The notes: generated from the letters alone by a model not told the origin. A stretch of 64,000 nt of DNA from Desulfomonilia bacterium (GCA_963664325.2 CAXXDQ010000003.1:1146169-1210168), one strand, 5' to 3'. Positions 40,631 through 49,702 are shown, numbered from the stretch's first letter. Program-made: numbers and translations.

Positions 40631-41716
40631 ATGGAAGACAGTTCGAAAATCAACCGGAGAGACTTTTTGCGCATAACAGCCGGCGTGGGTGCGGCTTTGA
40701 CCTGTCCTTCGATCATCACCGGATGCATATTTGATAAGCTGCCTGATGTTCTGCTTGGATATAAACCCGGAGTCAGCAGCGTATGGGTTGCGAAAGACGG
40801 GCAGGAGAGCTGTCGCGCCATGTTCGAGACCATGGTCAGGTCGGCGACAGATCTGAACACATGGCTTTTGCCAGGAGACAGGGTGTTTCTTAAACTCGCG
40901 CTGAATTCCCCCAACCAATATCCTGCGACTACTGATCCCTGGATTCTTGACTGCATGATCAAACTGCTTCTGGAAAACGGCGCAGGTGAGATAATGGTAG
41001 GGGATCAGAGCGGGATCGGATATGTCAATCACACCAAGACTGCAAATATTGGGAGCTCCCGGGAATGCTGCAGGGCCTCGGGGCTTCTGGACGTAATCAC
41101 CGGCAACGGCGCGACCCCTGTTTTTTTCGAAGAGGCCGGCTATGATGCAGGCTACAGGCCGGTGCACCCTTCGCCTCCCCACCACTGGGGATCGGCGCCT
41201 GTATACATAACGAAGGCCATGGATGACGTTGACCATATCATCTATCTTCCAAGGGTAGCCAATCATGCCATTGCAGGAAAGACCTTCGGATTGAAGCTGC
41301 CGATCGGCTTTTTGCGCGACGATACAAGGATATTCAACCTCCATCTGGATCTCCTGAATTTTTATGCCAAGTACGTGGAGCTCAACTTTATCCCGGAAAT
41401 CGCGTCAAAGAGACGGCTCATTGTATCTTCGGGCCGGTCCTTGCTGACAACAAATGGCCCTGACGATGGCGTGATCGTGACGCCGGATAATGGTCTGATC
41501 TTCGCTTCCGAGGACCTGCTGGCAAACGATCTCCTGGCATCCGCGTGGCTGGAGGCGAACCGGACAGGCGGGGATGAGAGGATCTACTATCATCCTGCAG
41601 TGAAGCGGTATATGGAGATCAAGGGCGGACGCCCGGAAGAACTGCTCTGGACGCAGATCAACGAACATCCGGACCCCGCTGTGCCCGGTTATATGGAGCA
41701 TCTGCTGACAGTCTAG
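40631..41716 (+). CDS. DUF362 domain protein with a twin-arginine (Tat) signal
   Basis: The Tat signal is INRRDFLRITAGVGAAL. The DUF362-like core is DRVFLKLALNSP...TTDPWILDCMIKLLLENGAGEIMVGDQSG. Confidence 0.7.
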   Translation: MEDSSKINRRDFLRITAGVGAALTCPSIITGCIFDKLPDVLLGYKPGVSSVWVAKDGQESCRAMFETMVRSATDLNTWLLPGDRVFLKLALNSPNQYPATTDPWILDCMIKLLLENGAGEIMVGDQSGIGYVNHTKTANIGSSRECCRASGLLDVITGNGATPVFFEEAGYDAGYRPVHPSPPHHWGSAPVYITKAMDDVDHIIYLPRVANHAIAGKTFGLKLPIGFLRDDTRIFNLHLDLLNFYAKYVELNFIPEIASKRRLIVSSGRSLLTTNGPDDGVIVTPDNGLIFASEDLLANDLLASAWLEANRTGGDERIYYHPAVKRYMEIKGGRPEELLWTQINEHPDPAVPGYMEHLLTV

Positions 41717-41949
41717 GACGGATAAATGGCATCAGGCCTTTACGGCTTGTTGCCCTGATGAGATTTCAGGGGGCCTGATTTTGCGGGATTGATAATCCAT
41801 TTCATCATGCATGAGTTTTTACCAGGATACTTTGAGAATTGATCATTAGGCTTCCAAATATGAACCTGAGTATCGGTGAATCCGTTAAATCGATTCCTGC
41901 TGTCTTCCCGATCAGAGGCATTATATTGTCAATTTTCTTCTCTGGCTTG

Positions 41950-42190
41950 TTCATTTTGATCGAGTTTGCGATGTTCTGGATGGCGGATATCAGATAATCC
42001 TGTATGGCTACACGGAACAGCCCGCGCCAGCTGGCCTGTTTGTATCTATATCCGGTGGATTGTGCAAAAGACCGCTCCGAAGTGAAGAACTGTTTTGTGC
42101 TTCTTATTAAGTGTCTGTGCTGCTGGGCAGGTATAGATGTCCGAATCCGGATTATAGGTAAAAGACTCTTTCGGAAATGTGTCTCCATAA
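41950..42190 (-). mobile_element. Degenerate IS5/IS1182-like DDE transposase remnant (internal deletion, two frames)
   Basis: One minus-strand frame gives DTFPKESFTYNPDSDIYTCPAAQTL, the F-x-Y...D-x-Y-x-CP motif. The adjacent frame gives ERSFAQSTGYRYKQASWRGLFRVAIQDYLISAIQNIANSIK, which resembles the C-terminal ERSFA..G.RY...RGL.KV....L.A...NI.K end of IS1182-type transposases. The catalytic core between them is missing. Confidence 0.5.
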
Positions 42191-42202
42191 AATCTCAACT
42201 CA

Positions 42203-44431
42203 TTACTCTTTTACGGATCGCCTGAGCACCTCAGCCTGCCTGAGAATGGATACCCTACCTTTGACGTTCAACTTGCGCCCGATGTGTTCCAGGTGCTTTT
42301 TTACTGCTATCTCACTTATCCCGAGGTTGGATGCAATCTGCCAGTTGGTGTAACCTAATGGGAGATATGCCAGTACCTGCGTTTCCCGTCCGGTCAGACC
42401 GAATTCCCGCAGCATGTGGAAAGGATCTGTATCATGGCGTTTGAAGTTGACGAGCACGTACTCATCCAGAGGATAAGCCCAACAAACAAGACCATAACCG
42501 TCAAGGGCAAGATGTTCAGGATATGTCTTACCTGAACTTCTGTTTTGCATCAGATGATTTTGGCCGACCCAATCCTTGATGGATGGGAGCAGGACGTCTC
42601 TCCATGATGGCCCGACCTGAGTTTCAAGAAGGCTCAGGGCGTCCTTTGTCCACATCACATCGCACAGATGCCTGTCCAACAAGACCGCCCTGACTTTTTC
42701 CTTCTCTAGCAGGCTCCCACAGCCAAGCTGATTAATGGCGTTTTCCCAGAGAAGGACGAGGGATTGAGCCCAGGAAAGAATGATCGGGGATATCTCGTCC
42801 ATCAGAGTCTTATCTTCCTCTTTAAAAGGCATGTCTGGGTCATTGCGGTAAAACCCCAGATAAACCCTGTGTCCGTGTGTTCTAGCTACGGGCATGTGCA
42901 TAGAGAAATGAGCACCGGTCGACTCTTCCATGATAATCTTCATATGAAGGTGATCCTCATTGTCCGGATCGATAAGGTCATGTGAAAGGAATACTTGTCC
43001 CAGTCTCCCCTGACGGACTATAGGGAGCCATGTCATAGACTTTCTGATGGCAGGATACAGTTTTTCCCAATTGCAGCGAAGCCAGGGATTGAAGGCTATC
43101 TTTTCGATGTCATCTGAAGCATTGACACAATAAATCGCTGCCCAGTCAAAATATTTATGTTCCGAGAGCACTTGCTTTAGAACTTCAGGAACATCATCGA
43201 AACTCATGACCCGAGAAAGGCTTTTATGAAGATTGATTACCAACTCAAGTTGGAGATCCATTTGTGTTGAATCAGTTTGTACTTGATTGTCTAAAAACGA
43301 GAGCTGAGGGTCATTTATAGGATGGTGCATTGATGGAACTTCAATGCAGGCTTTAATTACCTTGGCAAGGATCTCTGACCGGCTGAACGCATTGAGTTTC
43401 CTTCCTATGTTCAGAAGGTGCTTCCGGACTGTAACTTCCCTTATCTTAAGATGATCCCCTATCTGTACATTTGTCTTCCCTTCGTACAGGTTTTCAAGGA
43501 TATTCAGTTCACGTTGCGAGAAGCCCATAGAAAGCAGAGGTCTGAAGTCACCTGCTTCCTTTAAATGGCATAACACGACAAGTGTCATATTATTCCCTGA
43601 TGAATTCTCCAGCATGTATACCTTGCATTCAGTAAGGCAAGAATCTGTGGTAAGGACCATGCTCCTTACGACTTCGTGGTCTTCCTTGCTGTGACCAAGC
43701 ATTAAATTATTAAGCCATTCTCTCAATACAGTCGGCAGCCCATGTGTTGCAGGTCCGGTGAAATTTGTCTTTAAAAAGTCTTTTGTGTGCTCAGGCATGC
43801 CGATTACTTTCAACTTATGATCGAGAAGCATGTAGTGATAAGAGGAGTTCTCTCCAGAGATTGATAATAAGAGGTCCTCTGAACCTGAGAGCCATGATGC
43901 GAGTAATGCGTTCCCACTCGTTACAAGAGCGGGAGCGAAAAGCCTCAGAGTCTCGGCATCACTTTTGTCAAAGGATTTTCGCCTGCGAAACAAGGAGAGG
44001 TGCAATCTGAAGCCCATGGGCACTGAAATCACCAGGTGCATGGAGAATCTCATGCCGCTCTCCTGTCTAATGAGCCCTAAAACGTGTTCGTCTCCTTCGC
44101 ATCCCGGACCTTTCATATCCTGGCTGAGAAAGACATCGCCTGGCTGACCTTTGTAAAGAATTGAGGAACGCTGATCCTCAACTGAAATGCCCGGATAGAT
44201 CCTTTCCCAAGACATGCACACATTGTTTCTGTTTATCAATGCCGGGGCGGAATCATGATTGCCTGTTAGGAAAACACAAAGCAGGTCGAATGGTATGAGC
44301 TCTCTTATGGGCTCTCTGATACGTTCTGGAAAATCTTCAAGCTCGGATGTGCGGATGAGTCCCCGGTAAAGTTTCAGGATTGTTTCCGAAAGAGAGAGAT
44401 CTTTATCGGATGTCACTCCACCTTTACCCAC
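42203..44431 (-). CDS. Tandem-duplicated LuxR-family transcriptional regulator (two sensor+HTH modules in one 742-aa chain)
   Basis: Two LuxR HTH domains are present: FSQRELNILENLYEGKTNVQIGDHLKIREVTVRKHLLNIGRKL at about residues 303-346 and LTGRETQVLAYLPLGYTNWQIASNLGISEIAVKKHLEHIGRKL at about 679-721. Each follows a homologous sensor of about 300 aa (WERIYPGI/WEKLYPAI, GDVFLSQD/GQVFLSHD, RFSMHL/HFSMHM). The start is a GTG. Confidence 0.8.
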   Translation of the reverse strand: MGKGGVTSDKDLSLSETILKLYRGLIRTSELEDFPERIREPIRELIPFDLLCVFLTGNHDSAPALINRNNVCMSWERIYPGISVEDQRSSILYKGQPGDVFLSQDMKGPGCEGDEHVLGLIRQESGMRFSMHLVISVPMGFRLHLSLFRRRKSFDKSDAETLRLFAPALVTSGNALLASWLSGSEDLLLSISGENSSYHYMLLDHKLKVIGMPEHTKDFLKTNFTGPATHGLPTVLREWLNNLMLGHSKEDHEVVRSMVLTTDSCLTECKVYMLENSSGNNMTLVVLCHLKEAGDFRPLLSMGFSQRELNILENLYEGKTNVQIGDHLKIREVTVRKHLLNIGRKLNAFSRSEILAKVIKACIEVPSMHHPINDPQLSFLDNQVQTDSTQMDLQLELVINLHKSLSRVMSFDDVPEVLKQVLSEHKYFDWAAIYCVNASDDIEKIAFNPWLRCNWEKLYPAIRKSMTWLPIVRQGRLGQVFLSHDLIDPDNEDHLHMKIIMEESTGAHFSMHMPVARTHGHRVYLGFYRNDPDMPFKEEDKTLMDEISPIILSWAQSLVLLWENAINQLGCGSLLEKEKVRAVLLDRHLCDVMWTKDALSLLETQVGPSWRDVLLPSIKDWVGQNHLMQNRSSGKTYPEHLALDGYGLVCWAYPLDEYVLVNFKRHDTDPFHMLREFGLTGRETQVLAYLPLGYTNWQIASNLGISEIAVKKHLEHIGRKLNVKGRVSILRQAEVLRRSVKE

Positions 44432-45009
44432 GAAACCCCCCTTGTAATGTATCTGAAAATAAAATCCCTTTATTTACAGAGGAAGTTCAATATTGTTCAT
44501 AACAATGCATATATTATAATCTAATAGTTCTTTGTTTTGTCAAGGTATGTTTTTAAGTAAAAGAAACATACGTTAATTTATTTCAATATCCTTATGATCG
44601 ATCTGGACCAGACTCTGTTCTTCCATAGTATACGAAATGATACCTTTATGTCATATTAATCAACTTGATATTAAACTTTGTATATAAGACCCGTAGTCAT
44701 GCCTTATGGCTCAGTCAGAGGGAAAAGTCTGATCCCAACAATGCTGACAACATCTTGTTTGGGTTATAGAATAGCTTTTTATAAGGTGTTACGACATGGT
44801 GACAACATGAGTCTCTGAATTCATGTTAGTCTGTGCAAGCGAATTGAAAGGGAGAATCAGATAACATTCCTGGCTTAATCGCCATAGTATACTATCAGAT
44901 AATAGACAGGAAAACGGCTGAATGCGTACAATATATATAACTTTACCTGATATTGTCTACCACAATGTCCAGCGATGAAATCAGGAATCATGAGATTGAG
45001 GAGGATATA

Positions 45010-46551
45010 ATGAATAAAACGTTATGTATAATGATCAGTTTGTTTGTTTTTCTTGTACAAGGATGCATTTTGACTTCATCACCCAAGTCCCCACTGGAAC
45101 TTGCTGTTGGGTCTTCAGCGACATTATCGATCTTAGTATTGCCAAATAAAGCATCTATCACATGGTCAATTGACAACAATATAATCCAGGGTGCTGTAAC
45201 AGCAAAACTAGTCTATACTCCTGCGTGCAGTGACATTGGACAGCACGTAATCAAGGTCACTGAATCATCGAAATTAGGCACTTACTCACATGTCTGGGAA
45301 GTTAATGTCAGCGGCCAGAATTGCAGTTGGGGGTGGAATGGAAAAGAGCTCGTGAAGACGGATATATCTGTCAACTGCGCTTTTCCAAACATTGCTGTGA
45401 GTAACAACGGTACTGCAATTGCGGTATGGCGTCAGGAGAATGATTTTAGAATATGGGCCAGTCATTACACGCCTGGTATGGGTTGGAGTGTGGCTCAAAA
45501 AATTGTTAATGTCATTTCAGATCCACCTCAGATAGCTATGGATTCTTTCGGAAATGCAATCGTGATTGTGAATGCTCTAGTTGTTAGTACACCACCATAT
45601 TCACTATGTGCTGTTCGATATGATAATAACACGGGGTGGGAGGCTCCCGTTGTAATAAATGATGGATCAGGTGGGAGTCCGTTAAGCAACAAGATTGCTA
45701 TGAACAATAATGGAAATGCCATAGTAACATTCTATCAAAATTCACATATCAAGGCTATCCACTATACCCCAGATTCTGGATGGGGTGAACAGATCATAAT
45801 TGATAATATTAATAAATATATGCCTGATAATGCACTTGATATGAATGATAATGGAGAAGCGATAGCTGCTTTCAGCACATATAATCCCTGGTACCCGTGG
45901 GCGAATACATATGATTCTATTATGGGTTGGGGCACAGCTCAAATGTTAGAAGGGAGTCCTCAAGGGAGCACCTTCACATGCGATGTTTCTATAAATGATA
46001 ACGGAGACGCATTCGTGATTGCATTTGATTATACAGGAGATAATACCGTTTACGCCGGCAGATATCTGAAAGGTATAGGGTGGGAAAATCTTCAACCAAT
46101 CGGTTATTGGGGAACTGTTGAAGGTGGTTGTGGTTCAGTCATTAAGATGGATAATGATGGAAACGTCGTGGCGGTATGGAATTCGAGATCGCCAGAAAAT
46201 ATCTGGGAAAATACATACATTAATGGTGCAGGCTGGGGAACACCGCATGCAATATCAGTAAGAGTCGATTCTTCACCAGAAATGGCAAGTGATGCTGCAG
46301 GAAATGCTATTGCCGTATGGTCACGGTATGAGCATGTCTCACCTTATGTTTATCATATATGGGCATGGCGATATATTTCAGGGACTGGCTGGAGTGAGCC
46401 AGAACGTCTTGAACAGGATTCTGATTTGGGCGCTACATCTCCAAAAATCTCTATGAATGATAAAGGAGAGGCATTTGTTGTGTGGCGACAGAAGAATGGT
46501 TCAGTTGATAATGTCTATTGCAACAGATACACATATTCAATTTTCCCCTGA
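45010..46551 (+). CDS. Lipoprotein with an N-terminal Ig-like module and an 8-unit repeat (beta-propeller-like) domain; function unknown
   Basis: The start MNKTLCIMISLFVFLVQGC carries a lipobox. Repeats of about 48 aa follow, matching p.IaMd..GNAIavW......i.a..Y....GW..p..l. Confidence 0.75.
   Translation: MNKTLCIMISLFVFLVQGCILTSSPKSPLELAVGSSATLSILVLPNKASITWSIDNNIIQGAVTAKLVYTPACSDIGQHVIKVTESSKLGTYSHVWEVNVSGQNCSWGWNGKELVKTDISVNCAFPNIAVSNNGTAIAVWRQENDFRIWASHYTPGMGWSVAQKIVNVISDPPQIAMDSFGNAIVIVNALVVSTPPYSLCAVRYDNNTGWEAPVVINDGSGGSPLSNKIAMNNNGNAIVTFYQNSHIKAIHYTPDSGWGEQIIIDNINKYMPDNALDMNDNGEAIAAFSTYNPWYPWANTYDSIMGWGTAQMLEGSPQGSTFTCDVSINDNGDAFVIAFDYTGDNTVYAGRYLKGIGWENLQPIGYWGTVEGGCGSVIKMDNDGNVVAVWNSRSPENIWENTYINGAGWGTPHAISVRVDSSPEMASDAAGNAIAVWSRYEHVSPYVYHIWAWRYISGTGWSEPERLEQDSDLGATSPKISMNDKGEAFVVWRQKNGSVDNVYCNRYTYSIFP
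45322..46548 (+). repeat. Seven full and one split copy of a coding repeat of about 45-52 codons (protein-level repeat, diverged at DNA level)
   Basis: The units begin at about residues 145, 191, 244, 291, 339, 391, 441 and 494 of the 532-aa track ORF. The last unit lacks the GW half. An orphan GW half (SWGWNGKELVKTD) precedes unit 1, which suggests velcro closure. Confidence 0.7.
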
Positions 46552-46744
46552 AAATGTTTTTTGAAAGAAATATTATTAACGAATGAATAGATTGAAAAAC
46601 TATATAGCGTTAAGCGTGATAGCAAGTTGTAGCAATATGGTTGTCTTGGGCAATAGTTGAGAAATCTAATATTTTTAAAAAATAAGTAAAGGGGTAAATA
46701 CCAATAAATTATATGTTAATAAAATTATTTTATGGGAGGATCCA

Positions 46745-48811
46745 ATGAAAAGATCGTTATTGTTTCTTGTATTCATTATATCTGCCATAGTGATAACCGG
46801 TTGCGCAGCCCCGACATTTGATCCTCCTTCAGGGAACTATCCGGAGGATATTTCTGTTGAACTCAGTGCCAAGATAAGCTCACAGCAAATCTATTACACT
46901 ACAGATGGCAGTGATCCCTCAACTTCATCAAACCAATATGCTTTTCCCATTCAGGTATCGGGGAATGGAACGAACATGACCATTAAGGCAATAACGGTAA
47001 TGTTTGGGATTTTCAAGAGCAAGGTAGCCAGCGCGGACTATAAGATAGAGTATGGTGTTATCCAGCCTCCACAGTTCTCACCAATTGCCGGGCAGTATGA
47101 CAATCCAGTCGATGTGACCATCACCAGCGCCACAGGCGGGTCTGCAATCTATTACACCTTAGATGGCACAGATCCAACCACTTCATCATCGAAATATACT
47201 TCCCCTATCCATATAAGCAGTAACAAACGCATCAGGGCATTCGCTGTCTACAAGACATGGCAGAGTACCATAGCCGAGGCCGACTATCTGATCGGCTGCA
47301 TGGATTCAAGCAGCAGTTGGGGCGACCCACATTTCCACACCTATGACGGCCTGGTCTATCACGATCAGTCCATAGGAGAGTTCGTGCTGACGCAGGAGAA
47401 AGGCGGCACCGGTTTCGCGGTACATGTCCGTGAAGCGAGGATCAGCGGCTTTTCCCCATGCGTTACACTCAATACTGCCCTTGCTGTGAGACTTGACACG
47501 AACAAGGTGGAGTACCGCGCCTCCAGCAACGAGATCCTTGTTGACGGAGTTGTAGTGGCTCTTGCCGAAGGAGTGACAATGACACTGAGCGGTGGAGGGA
47601 CAGTCCGTCGCCAGAGCGGTATAGTATGCAGCGACTCCAACTCCATTGAAACTGTCATAGCGAGGGATGCGGGGAACTATGTGAACATAACGGTAGTGGT
47701 AGCCTGCTCCCTTCAGGGTAAGCTTGAGGGCCTATTGGGCAATGATGATGACAATGCCAGCAACGAATTGCTGCTGCGCAACGGGACTACTGCTCCTACA
47801 CTTAAAGCATTTATGGATTCCTGGCGCCTCAGTAATGCAGAATCATTGTTCTCATATGTCATTGGTCAGAATACTAATTATTTCACGGATTTCCAGACTT
47901 GCGATATTCATCCTACGGATGATGATATCGCACTTGCACAGAAGATATATAACGAAATTTTCGGTTCTATCGCTTGCGATGCTGGAATGGTATACGCAAT
48001 CGCCGTGGATCTGGCAGCTGGAATGCCAGAGGATGAAGTCAAGGCATGGGGAAGGAGCATCCAGGGGTATGTCGCCCCAAAGGGTACACTCTGGTACCAA
48101 GATGTTGATGGAGATGGATATGGAACTGTTGAAGTTTCAAAGGTCTCTTGCTCGAAACCATCTGGCTATGTTGACAACTCTGAAGATTGTGATGATACCA
48201 ACCCTGATGTCAATCCTGAAGCCGATGAGATTATTGGTGATGGAATCGACAATAACTGCAATGGATTGATTGATGAAACCAATATGTTAGGACCATTACC
48301 ATATTTAAGTTTTTCTGATAGCCCTTTCAGGAATCTGAGTTTTTCATATTTCTATCTTGAGGATTTTGAAGACGGTATACTGAATACACCTGGTGTAAGT
48401 GCTAACAATAGTAATGTTGGAGGGATGAATCCCTATGCAGATTCCGTGGATCGTGATGATGGTGTGATTGATGGCAATGGGAATAATGGACACTCTATAT
48501 ATTTGAGTAGTGACACAAGTGACACCTTTACTTTCGATAAAAATGTTTTAGGTAAGCTTCCCACTTATGCTGGAATAGTATGGACAGACGCCGGTTCCGG
48601 TTATGGGAATGTTACATTTACCGCATTTGATGAATATGGATTAAGTTTAGGCTCTATATCTGCAATGCATCTGGGAGATGGATCAAATAGAGGCGGTACA
48701 GCTGAAGACAGATTTTTCGGTGTCATCTATATGGCGGGCATCTCAAAAATTACAATAGCAATGAATAGTGGAAATTGGGAAATCGATCATCTTCAATACG
48801 GAGCAAAGTAA
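46745..48811 (+). CDS. Mosaic lipoprotein: two chitobiase/hexosaminidase-C-like domains, a von Willebrand factor type D domain, a MopE-like Asp/Cys metal-binding motif and an unknown C-terminal domain
   Basis: The lipobox is VITGC. The CHB_HEX_C-like domains contain FDPPSGNY...IYYTTDGSDPSTSS and FSPIAGQY...IYYTLDGTDPTTSS. The VWD domain contains WGDPHFHTYDGLVYHDQSIGEFVL...LEGLLGNDDDN. The MopE-like motif is WYQDVDGDGYGT..CSKPSGYVDNSEDCDDTNPDVNPEADEIIGDGIDNNCNGLIDE. Confidence 0.8.
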   Translation: MKRSLLFLVFIISAIVITGCAAPTFDPPSGNYPEDISVELSAKISSQQIYYTTDGSDPSTSSNQYAFPIQVSGNGTNMTIKAITVMFGIFKSKVASADYKIEYGVIQPPQFSPIAGQYDNPVDVTITSATGGSAIYYTLDGTDPTTSSSKYTSPIHISSNKRIRAFAVYKTWQSTIAEADYLIGCMDSSSSWGDPHFHTYDGLVYHDQSIGEFVLTQEKGGTGFAVHVREARISGFSPCVTLNTALAVRLDTNKVEYRASSNEILVDGVVVALAEGVTMTLSGGGTVRRQSGIVCSDSNSIETVIARDAGNYVNITVVVACSLQGKLEGLLGNDDDNASNELLLRNGTTAPTLKAFMDSWRLSNAESLFSYVIGQNTNYFTDFQTCDIHPTDDDIALAQKIYNEIFGSIACDAGMVYAIAVDLAAGMPEDEVKAWGRSIQGYVAPKGTLWYQDVDGDGYGTVEVSKVSCSKPSGYVDNSEDCDDTNPDVNPEADEIIGDGIDNNCNGLIDETNMLGPLPYLSFSDSPFRNLSFSYFYLEDFEDGILNTPGVSANNSNVGGMNPYADSVDRDDGVIDGNGNNGHSIYLSSDTSDTFTFDKNVLGKLPTYAGIVWTDAGSGYGNVTFTAFDEYGLSLGSISAMHLGDGSNRGGTAEDRFFGVIYMAGISKITIAMNSGNWEIDHLQYGAK

Positions 48812-48835
48812 CTTATAATTTTAAAGGAGGATACA

Positions 48836-49702
48836 ATGAAAAGATCATCAATGTACATTATGTTTGGCTTAATGGTTATTCTTATTCAGGGATGTATCAT
48901 GTCATCAACTCCATCTTCACCTGTATCTGTTTCAGCAGGTGACTCGATAACATTCAAGGTCTCTGTATTCCCATCGAGCATTACCTTGCAGTGGTATGTT
49001 GATGATAATCCTGTTTCAGGTGCTCCAGACAAATCTTTCAACTATTCCCCTGATGAAGGAGATGTAGGCAATCGCACTATCACTGTTAAGGAGACCTCTG
49101 GATGTATCTTCCTTGGACAACATGTCTGGAGGGTAGAGGTAGTCTCTGGGAAAATCTGGTATCAGGATGCCGATGGAGACGGTTACGGCAATCCAAATGT
49201 CTTCATAATCAGCAGCACACAGCCAGAAAGTTATGTGGATAATAATTCTGATTGTGATGATACTAATCCAAACATCAATCCAGATGCTATAGAGATTTCT
49301 GGGAATGATATTGACGAAAATTGTGATGGTATTATTTCAAGTGGTATAGTGAATATTAATGCAGTAATAAATATACAATCAAATCCGGTAACATTAGTTA
49401 TGGAAGCTGGTAAATATAAAATAGACCCAATTGGAATTGCAGATGGGGGGATTTATAATTCATGGAGCGCTTGGGTTGATGGGAAATGGCTTAATTCTTA
49501 TTGGATATATTCAAATGAATTTGGTGAAATAACTATCAACGATGGGATAAGGTATGATACTGAAATGGATGCCTTAGATGCAGCAAAGGGAACATCATTT
49601 AACCTTACAGGCAGTGCTGAAGTTAAATTTTATATTTGTGATGATCCATATTATGACAATAGAGGGGGGATGTCATTAAGTGTTTCGAAAAAAACAGAAT
49701 AA
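48836..49702 (+). CDS. Lipoprotein with an N-terminal Ig-like module, a MopE-like Asp/Cys motif and an unknown C-terminal beta-rich domain
   Basis: The lipobox is LIQGC. The Ig-like module is VSVSAGDSITFKVSVFPSSITLQWYVDD. The MopE-like motif is WYQDADGDGYGNP...YVDNNSDCDDTNPNINPDAIEISGNDIDENCDG. A GGAGGA RBS lies upstream. Confidence 0.75.
   Translation: MKRSSMYIMFGLMVILIQGCIMSSTPSSPVSVSAGDSITFKVSVFPSSITLQWYVDDNPVSGAPDKSFNYSPDEGDVGNRTITVKETSGCIFLGQHVWRVEVVSGKIWYQDADGDGYGNPNVFIISSTQPESYVDNNSDCDDTNPNINPDAIEISGNDIDENCDGIISSGIVNINAVINIQSNPVTLVMEAGKYKIDPIGIADGGIYNSWSAWVDGKWLNSYWIYSNEFGEITINDGIRYDTEMDALDAAKGTSFNLTGSAEVKFYICDDPYYDNRGGMSLSVSKKTE

Noticed and set aside
41805-42188. A 127-aa ORF treated as an intact gene
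   Set aside because: Only its central 45 aa or so resemble a transposase C-terminus. The upstream transposase motif is in another frame and the DDE core is missing. It is better described as an IS remnant.
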